Origin: Massalongia carnosa
Lineage: Eukaryota
Assembly (NCBI GenBank): GCA_965645245.1
Contig: OZ287070.1
Span: 1,054,001 to 1,118,000 of the forward strand
DNA: 64,000 nucleotides
Direction: 5' to 3'
Shown: piece after piece, positions 49,043-60,069 of the stretch
Layout of the letters: each line of letters starts with the position of its first letter
Numbering within the stretch: position 1 is the stretch's first letter
Made by a program: the position numbers and the translations under genes
The notes under the pieces: generated by a model
What the model was told of the DNA's origin: nothing
The model's database searches: none
Seen by the model: only the letters and a program-made list of their open reading frames with translations

Positions 49043-50392
49043 TTAGAAATGTGGCATGTATTTCGACCAATCGACTGTATCAAAGGCAGCGCTTGGAAGT
49101 GAGCGTTGGCTCAAAAAGATCTCAATCATAATGTAGCCGCGAGCCAACGAGTACAGTATTGTAATGGGTATCATTATGATAACCTCCCAAACAGGAATAA
49201 ACATTACTTCCTTTCGAACTTCCAGTGTGCTTCTCAACCTATATGCTTTCTCGGCTTTATTCGGAAACATGCGTTTGTACCAGCGCTCCCAGCGACCAAG
49301 ACGAACGCCATCTTGGTAGGTTTCACACAGCCAAAATATCAGTGTTGTTGTGACAATTGTGATGCTAGAAAACCGCCAAAAGAAGAGCTCGATGTGAGTT
49401 GGAAAGTCAAAGTTCCATCCTATAAAGTGAAGCGAACAGTAAATCATCGATAAAATGAAAAGGCCATAAGCATCGGGGCTCGCGGCGATGACGGGAAACC
49501 GGTCGTTGGTGAATCGGGGCAGCGGTCTCTCAGGCGGGCCTCTCTTGAACTTGAGATGCGGCTGGACTTCTGTGAGCCATGACGGAGCCAGGTTGTCGAT
49601 GAAGTCTAGGGGCGTTTGACGGTAGGGCTTCGCCGCAGTACCGCCAGCCTTGATGAGGATCTCCTTAATGCTAGAACCCGAATCGAGAATCGTAGGGCTT
49701 TCCACGTCTAGTGGCTTGTTGGCCCATTGATAGTACATGACTAAAGTGCAAAATACGAAGCACAAGGTTGTAAGTTCGAGAGTAGTGACTGGCAGTTTTT
49801 GAATAGCACGACCCAGGCACTGCACTATGAACCATCCAGCTTGGATACAGGTAAAGAGCTTCTGAAACCCGTCCGCCTTGCTCTTATCCCACACATCCTT
49901 GGCGGAAAAATTCGGATACTTGACGTGTTTCTCCTTCACAAGGTAGAGCAGCTGATTTGCGTTGATTGGAAAAGATCGACGACTTCCGCGAGTCTTGAGA
50001 TGAAAGCCGCCCATATTGGCATAAAACCCATGACGGATCGTCCACTCTCCATAGCCAGCAGCTTTGAACTCAGCCACAGACTTCTTAGCCTCAACCTTTT
50101 GTCCTGTAGCAAATGCAACGACAAACTCAGGGGCCATGATGGCTTGTATCATCCATCGACACTTGCGTCGAAACTGTTGCCAGTAAGTTTCATGAATTGC
50201 GGGCACGTTCAAATGTAGAGAGGCCCAAGTGCACAGAAAAACCGTGAACATGCAGCTGAAGAGGATGTCAAAAGTCCCACGTCCGTTAGGTTGGCTAACC
50301 CAACCTTTATTCGAGTCTGGCGATGTAGTATTGTTGTCCGCAGCGGCCAATTTGAGAAGTACAATCACAAAAATGGCATTGATTTGTGGCAT
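49043..50392 (-). CDS. Conserved fungal multi-pass membrane protein of unknown function
   Basis: Intronless 449-aa ORF with a signal peptide and family-like motifs GWVSQPNGRGTFDILFSC, LHLNVP, IMAPE, HGFYANMGGF, DKSKADG, LELTT, WANKPLDV, WNFDFPT and AFDTVDWSKYMPH. Confidence 0.88.
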   Translation of the reverse strand: MPQINAIFVIVLLKLAAADNNTTSPDSNKGWVSQPNGRGTFDILFSCMFTVFLCTWASLHLNVPAIHETYWQQFRRKCRWMIQAIMAPEFVVAFATGQKVEAKKSVAEFKAAGYGEWTIRHGFYANMGGFHLKTRGSRRSFPINANQLLYLVKEKHVKYPNFSAKDVWDKSKADGFQKLFTCIQAGWFIVQCLGRAIQKLPVTTLELTTLCFVFCTLVMYYQWANKPLDVESPTILDSGSSIKEILIKAGGTAAKPYRQTPLDFIDNLAPSWLTEVQPHLKFKRGPPERPLPRFTNDRFPVIAASPDAYGLFILSMIYCSLHFIGWNFDFPTHIELFFWRFSSITIVTTTLIFWLCETYQDGVRLGRWERWYKRMFPNKAEKAYRLRSTLEVRKEVMFIPVWEVIIMIPITILYSLARGYIMIEIFLSQRSLPSAAFDTVDWSKYMPHF

Positions 50393-51178
50393 GATAGAAG
50401 CTGCTAAAGATTTCCGTCGGAAAAACCGTCAACGTTGAAAAAGCTAAATGACTTTTCTCAATATATATTCGGTCAAGCTTACTTCTCATTACCGATAGCC
50501 ACTCTAGTGAAGTGTATAATTCAATCGCTTCGCAAAAGCATGCCTCGTCTTTGAAACTCTATATATCGTAGGATGGCAATATTACGAATGCAAGAGACCG
50601 AAACGTACGCAGTAGTAGCGAACAGTTCAATTCCCCGTTGAGGAATGAATTGGCGCTCTCCTGTAACTTTTCTGCTACCTGAAGCGAGTTGGTTTCTTCG
50701 TGTAATTTTTATGGGATCGTCCGTGACCTCTCAACCCAAAGCTCTATGACAACGAAGGGAGGAGCTTGAGGTTGGGGAGAGGCGAGTAAGACCAAGTAGA
50801 GGTAAAATGGGTGTTGGGATATAGGGATCTTCCTTACATGATGAATATTGTCTAGAAGCCCATGTAGCAGCTGTACTTGATCATCAACCTTTATATATAT
50901 CAGTATCAAAAGACTAAGATTGGTGAAAGTTGTGTTAAGGGAAGACATTATAGAATCGCACTAGGATAAGCTTGTACGAATACGAATTTAGGCGCCACCG
51001 AGGCGTGGGCATCCAAAGATGTGGCGCGTCCTGGGCATTCATATCTTTCACGGCCATAAGAAACCATTCTACATTCTGGTGTGCCTTCCTTTCGAAAACA
51101 TAACTCTAATTATTCTCTTCGTCCCATACTGAGACTTAAGGTGTACAGGAAATCTGGACTCAAAAAAGCCTGTCCCTC

Positions 51179-52532
51179 ATGAGCACCGTAAATCTCCTAG
51201 GGGAAAGAACTCTCAACGGACTCTTCTACGCACCTCCTTCTGATTTGATCGATGATGATGAGGTTCAAGACTACCTAGTTTTCATGATAACCGGGAATCC
51301 GGGTTTGATATCATATTACGAGCCTTTTCTATCTACTTTACACAATCTCCTAACGTCCTCCTTTGATTCTTCCTCCTCTCGATTTTACGTCTGTGGCCAT
51401 TCTCTTGCTGGGTTTGACACGTCGAAAAGTGACGATGCGGAGAATCTGGTGCTACCAGCCGGGTTATTTCAGCAAATCTCGAATACTGAAAAGTTACTGT
51501 ATCAGCAAATTGATAGGCTTCAAAAAGCCACCTCTATGAAGGAAAGGCCTCTTAAGGTCATTCTGATGGGCCACTCAGTGGGAGCTTACATTCTTCTTGA
51601 ACTTATCAGTAACCATCGGTTGAGGGTGGAGGAAGGCCAAAAAGATTTCGATCTTATTGGTGGGATATTACTGTTTCCTACAATCACACACCTCGCTCAG
51701 TCACCTCAAGGCATGATATATAGCGTAAGTTTATATCATGTCATTTTTCGAAGTCTTGTTCCAATACGAATATATCTGGCAGGGACATGGCTAATGAGAG
51801 TAGAAAGTTCTTCAGATCCCTCATTTTGCTCATATCGCTGGCGATTTTGTCAAATACCTATTCGCACTAGTCCCGATAATGGTCCTTGTCAGTATCATCA
51901 AGCTGTTTATGCAATATCCAGAGCATGCGGCGAAGACGACAGCTAGTTTCCTTAAAAGTTCCATTGGCGTTAGACAAGCCCTGTGAGTGGAACGGCATAT
52001 TCCCGCCGATAAATTTTTCGATGATATCATCTTAACTTAGTATTACAGGTATCTGGCTAGAGATGAGATGCACATGATTCACGTGGACAAATGGGAGGAA
52101 GGAGTATGGGAGGCAGCCACTAACCCTGGCACCAACCATCGCGACACGGCGAACTCGAATCTTTTCCTCTATTGGGGCAAAGACGTAAGGCATACTCCCC
52201 GCTGAAGCAGAGAGCAAGGCTTTAACATCTCGGCAGGATAAACTAGTGGCCAACAAAACGCGGGATGAGCTGATCGCTGCGAGAGAATACCGGTCCGCGA
52301 AGGGAATGGGAAACTTGTCGAAAAGCTGGAAGCCTTCGATGTTGATTGATCAAGACGGCATTCCTCACGCGTTCTGCATCAGTGAGTATCCCCTCCCCTT
52401 CCCCAACACGTTGTGGCACTGACACGGAATCCGCGGCAAGAACACAGTGAAACGGTGGCGGAGAAGGTCAAGGATTGGATTGAGCAGATTGTGGAGGACA
52501 ACGGTGGCGGGGAAGGTCAAGGATTGGATTGA
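51179..52532 (+). CDS. Lipid droplet-associated alpha/beta hydrolase (LDAH/DUF2305 family)
   Basis: MITGNPGLISYYEPFL, nucleophile elbow GHSVG, LLFPTI, later exons YLARDEM, YWGKD and IPHAFCI. Four introns; stop TGA 52530-52532 lies inside a 49-bp duplication. Confidence 0.88.
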
Positions 52533-52548
52533 GCAGATTGTGGAGGAA
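52451..52548. repeat. 49-bp tandem duplication (47/49 identical) at the 3' end of the LDAH gene
   Basis: AACGGTGGCGG(A/G)GAAGGTCAAGGATTGGATTGAGCAGATTGTGGAGGA(C/A) at 52451-52499 and 52500-52548. Confidence 0.95.
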
Positions 52549-53829
52549 CATGGCAGGGAAAGTTCGCCCTGAAAAGTGGTGCATGGATCGAGAGCGGCCT
52601 GATTTACTGGGCTTGTTTGGATTTGTCTGAGCAGCATAATTCCCCCCATGACGATATACCAAGCTCGCAGAGCAGGTTTCTAGATGTTTCAACAGCTATA
52701 TACCCATTAATTTGCGATTCGGAAGCACTCCTATTGAACTTAGGTACGAGTTCTCGGTATAACAGCACCAAATACCATCCATATCATTCTTATCTCTTGG
52801 TGTTTATCAAGCGCCTCCCTCTCATATCCCTTCCCAAATATCCACCATCACCACCAAGGTATCGCCAGACCGCATCTTCCCCATGCTTTGAAATCCAAAG
52901 AGCCCCCGAATCCATCATATGGAGCCCGATTGGCGCGAACAAGCCACCAAGATCACACCATGCAATCTCCAACCGTCTTACCACCGTCTTACCACCGTCT
53001 TCCCTTGTTCTTATATTCGGAGCGGAAAGTTTACGAAAGAACGTAAGAAAATCCCCGGCACGCGGGTGAAGGAGTCATAGGCACTTAGGCCACCCATGGA
53101 GGGGCGGAAATCGGATTCCGCTCTCCCACGCCATTGCATTTGTAAGCCGTTCAACCAATCAGACTGCTGACCTCCGTATCCCCGCGAAACCATTCCAGGG
53201 ATCTCTTGCAGCAGCGGCAAGGGAAGAATGGATTAGAGCTAGATAGGAAAGTACAAGTCACAAGTCATGTAGGTTGGTCACGACACAGGAGATTTCCGCG
53301 GATTACAGTTGTAGATATTACCCATGAATTATATGTCAGATCCTGCCTGTCGTTGGGAGAAGGTTGTTTGATGCCAAGAAATACCTAACTAACTTGAGGT
53401 CATGCTCGCATGGAGTCCTGCGAGAGGCTTCTTTCTTCTCCACACACCAGGTATTCTGTACTCGGTCTCTGTACGGAGTACCTGATTCTGAGCCTAGTTA
53501 GGTATGCACCTGTAAGAACAGGTGCTTCGTCTTAATGTAGTAGAGTATACGATTTCGATCATGCTGACATTCCAGCCATGCTCCATCGTGTCGGCTGAAT
53601 ATATATGTAGTTACTATCCACGAGACAGTGCCATCTCAGACCTGAGATGTTTCGAATGAAAAAATCTAATTTACTACTACTTTTCATTTACTTACTATTT
53701 GGCTTGCTATTTTTTCATGCGAATCTCAAAATATCTCTGATTTCTGCTCCAGACATGCTTCGCTTCGCTCCGCAACGGCCCTACGCTATCTCCTCCTTGG
53801 CACCCGCCAAAGCATCTGTCAAAGCATCT

Positions 53830-54390
53830 TCCAAATAGTCTCCCAGATAGCCTCCGCTGATTTTTATAAGGCCCCACATCTAGCCCCTAAATAGCCTTTC
53901 AAATAGTCTCCGCTGCTTTTCAAATAGTCTCCCAGATAGCCTCCCAAAAGCCTCCCAAAAGCCTCCCAAAAAGCCTTTCAAATAGCCTCCCAAATAGCCT
54001 TTCAATTATCTTCCAAGTATCTCTCAAATATCTCCCAAATAGTCTCCCAAATATTCCCCCAAATAGCTATCAAATAGCCTCCCAAATAGTCTCCGCTGCT
54101 TTTCAGATAGTATCTCAAATAGCCTTGCATAAAGCCTCGCATAAAGCCTCCCAAATAGCCTCCCAGATAATCTTCACCGCTTTCAAATAGTCTTCCAAAT
54201 AGCCTCCCAAATAGCCTTCCAGATATTCTGCTTAGCTATCAAATAATATCCCAAATAGCCTCCCAGATAGCTTTCCAATTAGCCTCCCAAATAGTCTCCC
54301 AGATAATCTCCGCTGCTTTTCAAATAGCCTTTCAAATAGTCTCCCAAATAGTTTCCCAAATAGCTATCAGATAGCCTCTTGAATAGCCTC
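53830..54390. repeat. Degenerate 12-bp minisatellite (CAAATAGCCTCC) inside the non-autonomous Helitron unit
   Basis: Dozens of variants such as CAAATAGCCTCC, CAAATAGTCTCC and CAGATAGCCTCC; reads as GGYL/GDYL on the minus strand. Confidence 0.9.
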
Positions 54391-55437
54391 AATATCTATC
54401 TCCCTCGTTATCAATTTTCTTTTTCCGCCGCTTTTCGCATAGCTTCTTTAGCTTTTTGGTCTCGTGCATCTTGAATTCGTCTATTTTCTCGAAGCTGTCG
54501 ATAATGAGACACTCTAGAAGCGTAAAATTAATCGACTCCGTTTTCTCCCTTCCAACCCGATTTTCTATTATATGTCGTTTGACGTGATTATAAGCTCGTC
54601 CGTCTCGAGTCTTATCTATATCATCGTCAATTTTTTTCGTCAAAGTATCTTCCGTTAATATTCCTGTATCGAGTTCACGTTGATATTCAGCGGTGAAAGG
54701 AGCTGCGATGAAAAGGCTAGGATGAAAAGAGCTGCGATGATAGGTAAATAACACGAAAAGCACCGTAAACCCAATCGAGTCCGCGCTAAATCTCTTATGG
54801 ACGATTTCAAAGAAAATCTGATGCTTCGCAAAGAGACCTCCTCCCCCACCGCAAACGGGCGAAAAAGCACGCAAGTTTCGAGATATCGACTATGGTTGAT
54901 GTGATTAGTAGGTCTGCAAAGTTTTACGATATCATACGATGAAATGCATGCTCGCAATGAGGTGCCTCTTTTTGGTCCTTTCCGTACGGCGTCCTCTCCG
55001 CATTATTTGATAACTCAGTACTGTTCCGCAAGCCGCGTTCCTTTTTCGGGTTAAACCTAACCGCATGAGGTTGGATCTAACCGAATGAGGTAGTGTTGCC
55101 CAAAGTAGCAGGGGAACTCTTTCAGTACTATATAGACGAGACCGTGCCATCTCAGAACTGAGATTTTGGAACCGGTTTCAAGTTTTTACGATCGATACAA
55201 TTCGTAAAAGGTTGTAAATTTAAAACCACGTATGCAATACAAAATTATCTATTTAATTTCAGGATTGAAATCGAAAAATTGAAAACTTTTCTTAAAATTT
55301 CTAAAACTTACGACTTGCGAAATTAGCGGAAAATGTCACACTTGATGACCCGGACGATAAATTTTTGATAACACAATAAACTTGCTCTCTATTTTGCAAT
55401 TGAATACATTTTCTAAGTGACATGATACCCTATATCA

Positions 55438-58340
55438 TCATAAACTTACAGCAGGATTCGGAGGAACATGAGTTATCATGTCATGTTGCGATCGCAGAAT
55501 TACTTCCGGATATACAATGTTATCCGTTTTCCAGTCATTTCGTTCCGGAAACAACATACACAATCGAGACACATCCATAACTCGAGATAATGCCACATAT
55601 AACTGACCATGAGTAAAAGGAGGAGCTCGCAAATCGACTCCTATCGTGTCCAATGATTGACCTTGCGACTTGTTGACAGTCATAGCAAAGCACAATCGTA
55701 TCGGAAATTGTTTGCGACTTATGATCCAGGGCAACTCGCCTTCCGTGGTATTAAGAAGAATCCGGGGAATTAATCGCGTTTCACCGTTGAATTCTTATCC
55801 CAAAATCTTTCCCTCTAGACAGGTCCGCGAAATGTGAGTAAGACGTAATCGGGTGCCGTTACAGAGACCAAGTTTGGGATACAAATTCCGCAAAAAAATG
55901 ATTCGGGCTCCAAGTTTCAGTTGCAATTGTGAAGGTGGTATAGACGATGTTTGCAAGGGTTGTAAAAACTCGGGAGGAAGAAAGTCTCCTCGTTCCTGCG
56001 CCGTATCGTTCTCTATTTGATCAACGGAGTTCAAGGTGTGCGAACCGCCCTGCAATTTATTCAGTACTGCACCGTTTAACTCCGCGACGATATCGTTCCG
56101 CAAAGTCAAAATTGCTCGACTTGCGAAAGAATCCGCATCCAGATGAGCTTGCCGCATGCGATCGGAAGGAAAAACGGTGTCCACGAAACTGTCTAAGTTG
56201 TTCAGTTGATTGACTTGTTCCGGTAGCTGAACACGACCGGAAAAAGCAGGATCATAAGACATTTTCCCGATCCAGTCCGCAAACGCCTCATTGGCGACTT
56301 CGTTACGAATTCGCATGATTTGACGCAAAAACAGTTTTTGAAATCGCGGCCACAGAAGGTGTTTTGAATGTTCGCCGCAACGATGGCTTCCCGATTTCCA
56401 CGGGGAACAACGGGCAAGATTTGAGCGAAATCTCCGCCTAACACCATCGGAATAACTCCGAAAGGTCGTCATTACCTAAAAGGTCCGTAAAAGTGCGATG
56501 TACGGCCATGAAGCATTGTTTGTGTTGCATCGGCACCTCATCCCCAATGATTAAGGCTGTGCGTTGCAAAAGACAGTGTAAATGCGTGTTGCGGGTGATA
56601 TTACACATGCTGTCCTCATTTAAAATCAAAGGAATTTTCAACCGGGAATGTGAAGTCTGTCCGCTAGGAAGAAGTAAAGCCGCAATGCCGGGAGACGCAA
56701 CGCAAAGAATGATTTTATTCTCCGCCCGAATATCATTGCAAAGAGTCTAATATAAAAAAGTCTTACCTGTTCCTGCAGGTCCGTGAACAAAAAAATGCGC
56801 CATTCTAGGATAATCTCTAACTCCCGCAACAATGGTATCAAAACAGTATTTTTGATCCGCATTCAATTGAGTATATCGTTCATTTCGTAACGTCGTTTCT
56901 TCGTTTAAATCGTAAGTCATTTCTGTAACGGTTCGACCATGCGTGGTGCGGACGGCAGGACCTACAGCGAACAAAGCAGGAGTCCCAGTTATAGTAGAAT
57001 AGAGCTTGGTCTGCGGACTAAGTATTGTGCCTTTTGGTCGGGAGGACAGGTGGCGCAATGGTAGAAATCTATTTACTTCGCTTCGTCACAATTTCATTTG
57101 CGATCAACGGATTTCCAGTACTCCGACCCCAATCGTATGTAAACAGCGGCATATTCTAATCCTCTAATCGTTTTCCTAAATCCGAAAGACCTCCGTTTAA
57201 CAAATAAAGGCCGTAATCTAAATGCGGACTCATTAAATCGTCAGGAACATCAGTCATTGATCGTAATCGATGCGGTAAATCGTCATATATATCATTTGCG
57301 TATCGATTCCATAAGGCCGTAGGATCCGTAACACGACGATCATCGGTTGTGGCCGCATTCTCCCGCAAAGCCTCGCTGGCGGATTTGTAAAGCCTGATAA
57401 AGGGATTCATATTGTGCAACATCTCTGTTAAACGTCGTACAATATCGGGATCCAATTCTGTATGTTGTCGAGTACGAATCGCGGTTGCTTCGTCGGGATC
57501 GTAAAAAACAGTTGAGCAAAGCGAGGAGAATCGTCAACGGGATCCAAAGGACCTTGCAGGTGATACAGTTCTCCGTGATTTTGAAAACATACCGGTCCAC
57601 GACCGTTGCGAGGAAGTCGGCGATCGGGTTTGTAGTTTACGGAGGTGAACGTCAACGTGGAATTATATTTTCGGAGGTTTTTGCGAAATGTGCGGGTTCT
57701 AATATCGTCACCAATTAACAGTTGCCGTAAATAATCAGGAGGAGGCTGAAACGGTGGCAACACGACACCACCTCGCTTGCAACAGGATTTGTATACTCGA
57801 TCTCGTCTTCTGTCACTCTGAACAGCTTCCGTTCCCAATGCCACGCACCGCAGTTTCTGCAATGATCTGTCATGTGTTGAATTCGTTGTATCGCGGATTC
57901 TAAAGTGTACTGACTTTTTAAATGCGGCAGGAAAGTTACGATTTGCAGCCGCATGGTCACGGGCTTCAACAGTACGGTCGCGACGACGTGTTCGACGATT
58001 TCCTCGTGACTCACGATGAGTAACAGGTGGAGAAACAGGTCTGGAACTCGCAATGGATGGAGAAATATGTCCGAAACTCGACCTTACGAAACCGCGAGCT
58101 CGGTTGTGATTGTACTGACCCGCTTCTGCTTCGTTGAGCAGCATTTCTTCCCAAATGTTCGGATTTTCCAACTGCAAATCATTTCGATTTGGCGGGCTTG
58201 GCGAGTGGAAAGCCGACGATACGGGAGAAACGGAATTCGTTATTGAACTGTTAGGCGAACTCTGCAAAGATGGAAGAGTGACAGGAGATACAATCGAACT
58301 TCTTGGAGGAGCAGGCGGACGCAGGAAAAGACTAACAGAA
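55438..58340 (-). pseudogene. Degraded Helitron RepHel (PIF1-type helicase) gene
   Basis: N-terminal CCKRG..LPP...FRKNLRKYNS..TFTS..HGELYH..GPL..FAQL, then GPAGTGKT, GIAALLL..GQTSHSR.KIP, DEVPM, GGDFAQILPV, GLCNGTRL and QFPIRLCFAMTVNKSQGQS...FTHGQLYVALSRV. Multiple frameshifts and stops. Confidence 0.93.
56924..57090. mobile_element. Solo LTR (167 bp) inserted in the Helitron helicase gene
   Basis: Termini TGTAACG...CGTCACA (TG..CA imperfect inverted ends) and 5-bp TSD ATTTC at 56919-56923 and 57091-57095. Excision restores NPLIANEMTYDLNEE. Confidence 0.9.
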
Positions 58341-60069
58341 CGTTTTCGGTGGTCGTAAGATTAGACGAACGCGTTTTGCGGGAGGATTTTCCGGAGAATT
58401 CACTTTATTATGCGGTCTACGGAGAGAACACCATTGTCGTAACGGAATGGGAAGTCGAGAAACGATTTCTCGAGGAGAAGAGCTAGGCTGCAAAGATATA
58501 GCGGTAGTCGTTGCTGTTGTTGCGAAGAGATCAGATAATTGTTAATGCTAAACCCAATTAAGACTACGTTAAACCGAATCGAGGGTTTTCGCAGGTTCAT
58601 TGAACGGACGGATTTAGCGCAGTTTTCGGGAACATCAAAACATGAAAAACGCGAACAACGACCACCTCTCGCGGCCCACAACGAACGTAAAAGAACGTAG
58701 TTTTCGCGATACGGACTGATATCAACAGGATCAGTTGATCTCCGAAGTTTGACGAAGTGAAACGGTCCGGTACGGTCGAGGCAAGAGGGGAATTTTTGGT
58801 CCTGTCCGCAGGGAGGTCCTCCCCGCATTATTTGATAATTCAGTACTGTTCCGCAAGCCGCGTTCCCTTTTTCGGGTTCAATCTAACCGAATAAGGTAGT
58901 GTTGCCCAAAGTAGCAGGTACTATATAGATAAGTCGGGCAACTCCCCTGCTGCTGCCCGGCTGGCGCTCAGTTTTACCGAGCGCCCTATAATGATTTTGT
59001 TTTCGCAGCAGTGAAGGGAAAAACTCCATCTATCTATGCGGCTGATTCGAGGAGAGGGTGGATGGGAAAAATACCTTTTTTTCGTTAGACTCCGAATCAA
59101 TAGTGAGACAAGGAGAAGAGTGCCCGAAGGACACATTTATGCTCTCTTTCTATGATTTCTATTCCGAGTTGCATTGGTGTAGTTATACATTGATGATGAT
59201 GATGCTGCGAAATATGTCCACATATTGGAGTCTGACAAATGATCATTAATCACCTTCAATGACCGTTCATTACAGACCTGCTGTAACTAACTGTATCGCT
59301 GTATCGGTGATTACGAGGACAATTGGTAATGACAGTGGAATGGATTTCCGTTCACGGGCTAGGAACAACGACACTTAACCGACATCGGGCTAGAATCCCA
59401 GGCTACAACGTCATGAACTCGCCCAAAAGTGCTAAGTGCTAAGGCTCATGGGTTAGTAACGGACTTGAGTTAGCCCGCCACTCGTAGGTAACAGGTAACA
59501 TAGAGGTAAAGTACTCAGTATGTACAGAACACGACCTCCAGACTCCAAACTGAACTAACGCAATAAACCGGGAAAAGTACGGAGTACATATGGAGTGCAT
59601 ACGGAGTATGTAAGTAAGTAACCTGTGGTTATAGAATTAGTTACCGCTTGCTGCTGTCATCAATGCGTATGACTCAGGATCCTGTTCGTCCAGTATCCTG
59701 CGTTCATACAACTCATAATCCTAATCCTAATCATAATTATACCCATAACCATAACCACGACTGACCCAGGCTATAAGAACCCCGTTGTCCTTAAGTTTGC
59801 TGTTTACATTTCCCCATATCGCTGTCAAATAATAAAACACCGAGGAATTGTCATCCACCCCCCTTTTATCGTCAACCCCTTAAGGCCTATCACGACCTCT
59901 ACTATCATTTGTGAATAGGATTTTCTTCATCTTGAAAATCGTCAACCTCCCTTGATATCTTTGGTTTCCTAGTATCGTTTTTTTCATCGTCAATTCAAGT
60001 GTGCTGCGAGACTTCTACCTGTTAGGCTCTATTGGCCGACATTGCAATTCACCATAGAAACAACTCGAC

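Larger units (their letters stand above)
53621..58929 (-). mobile_element. Composite Helitron: two related units head-to-tail (55137-58929 and 53621-55136)
   Basis: On minus, both units start TCTATATAGTAC and share ~140-170 bp of 5' sequence (58793-58929 vs 54969-55136). Both end in the hairpin ATCTCAG-NN-CTGAGAT followed by 12 nt ending CTCG. The outer flanks are A (5') and T (3') with no TSD. Confidence 0.9.

Noticed and set aside
54969..58929. Direct repeats read as LTRs of a retrotransposon
   Set aside because: No TG..CA ends, TSD or gag-pol; they are the 5' ends of two Helitron units.
59189..59285. Possible box C/D snoRNA (ATGATGA...CTGA)
   Set aside because: The box C match is part of a (TGA)n microsatellite, and there is no terminal D box, stem or recognisable guide.
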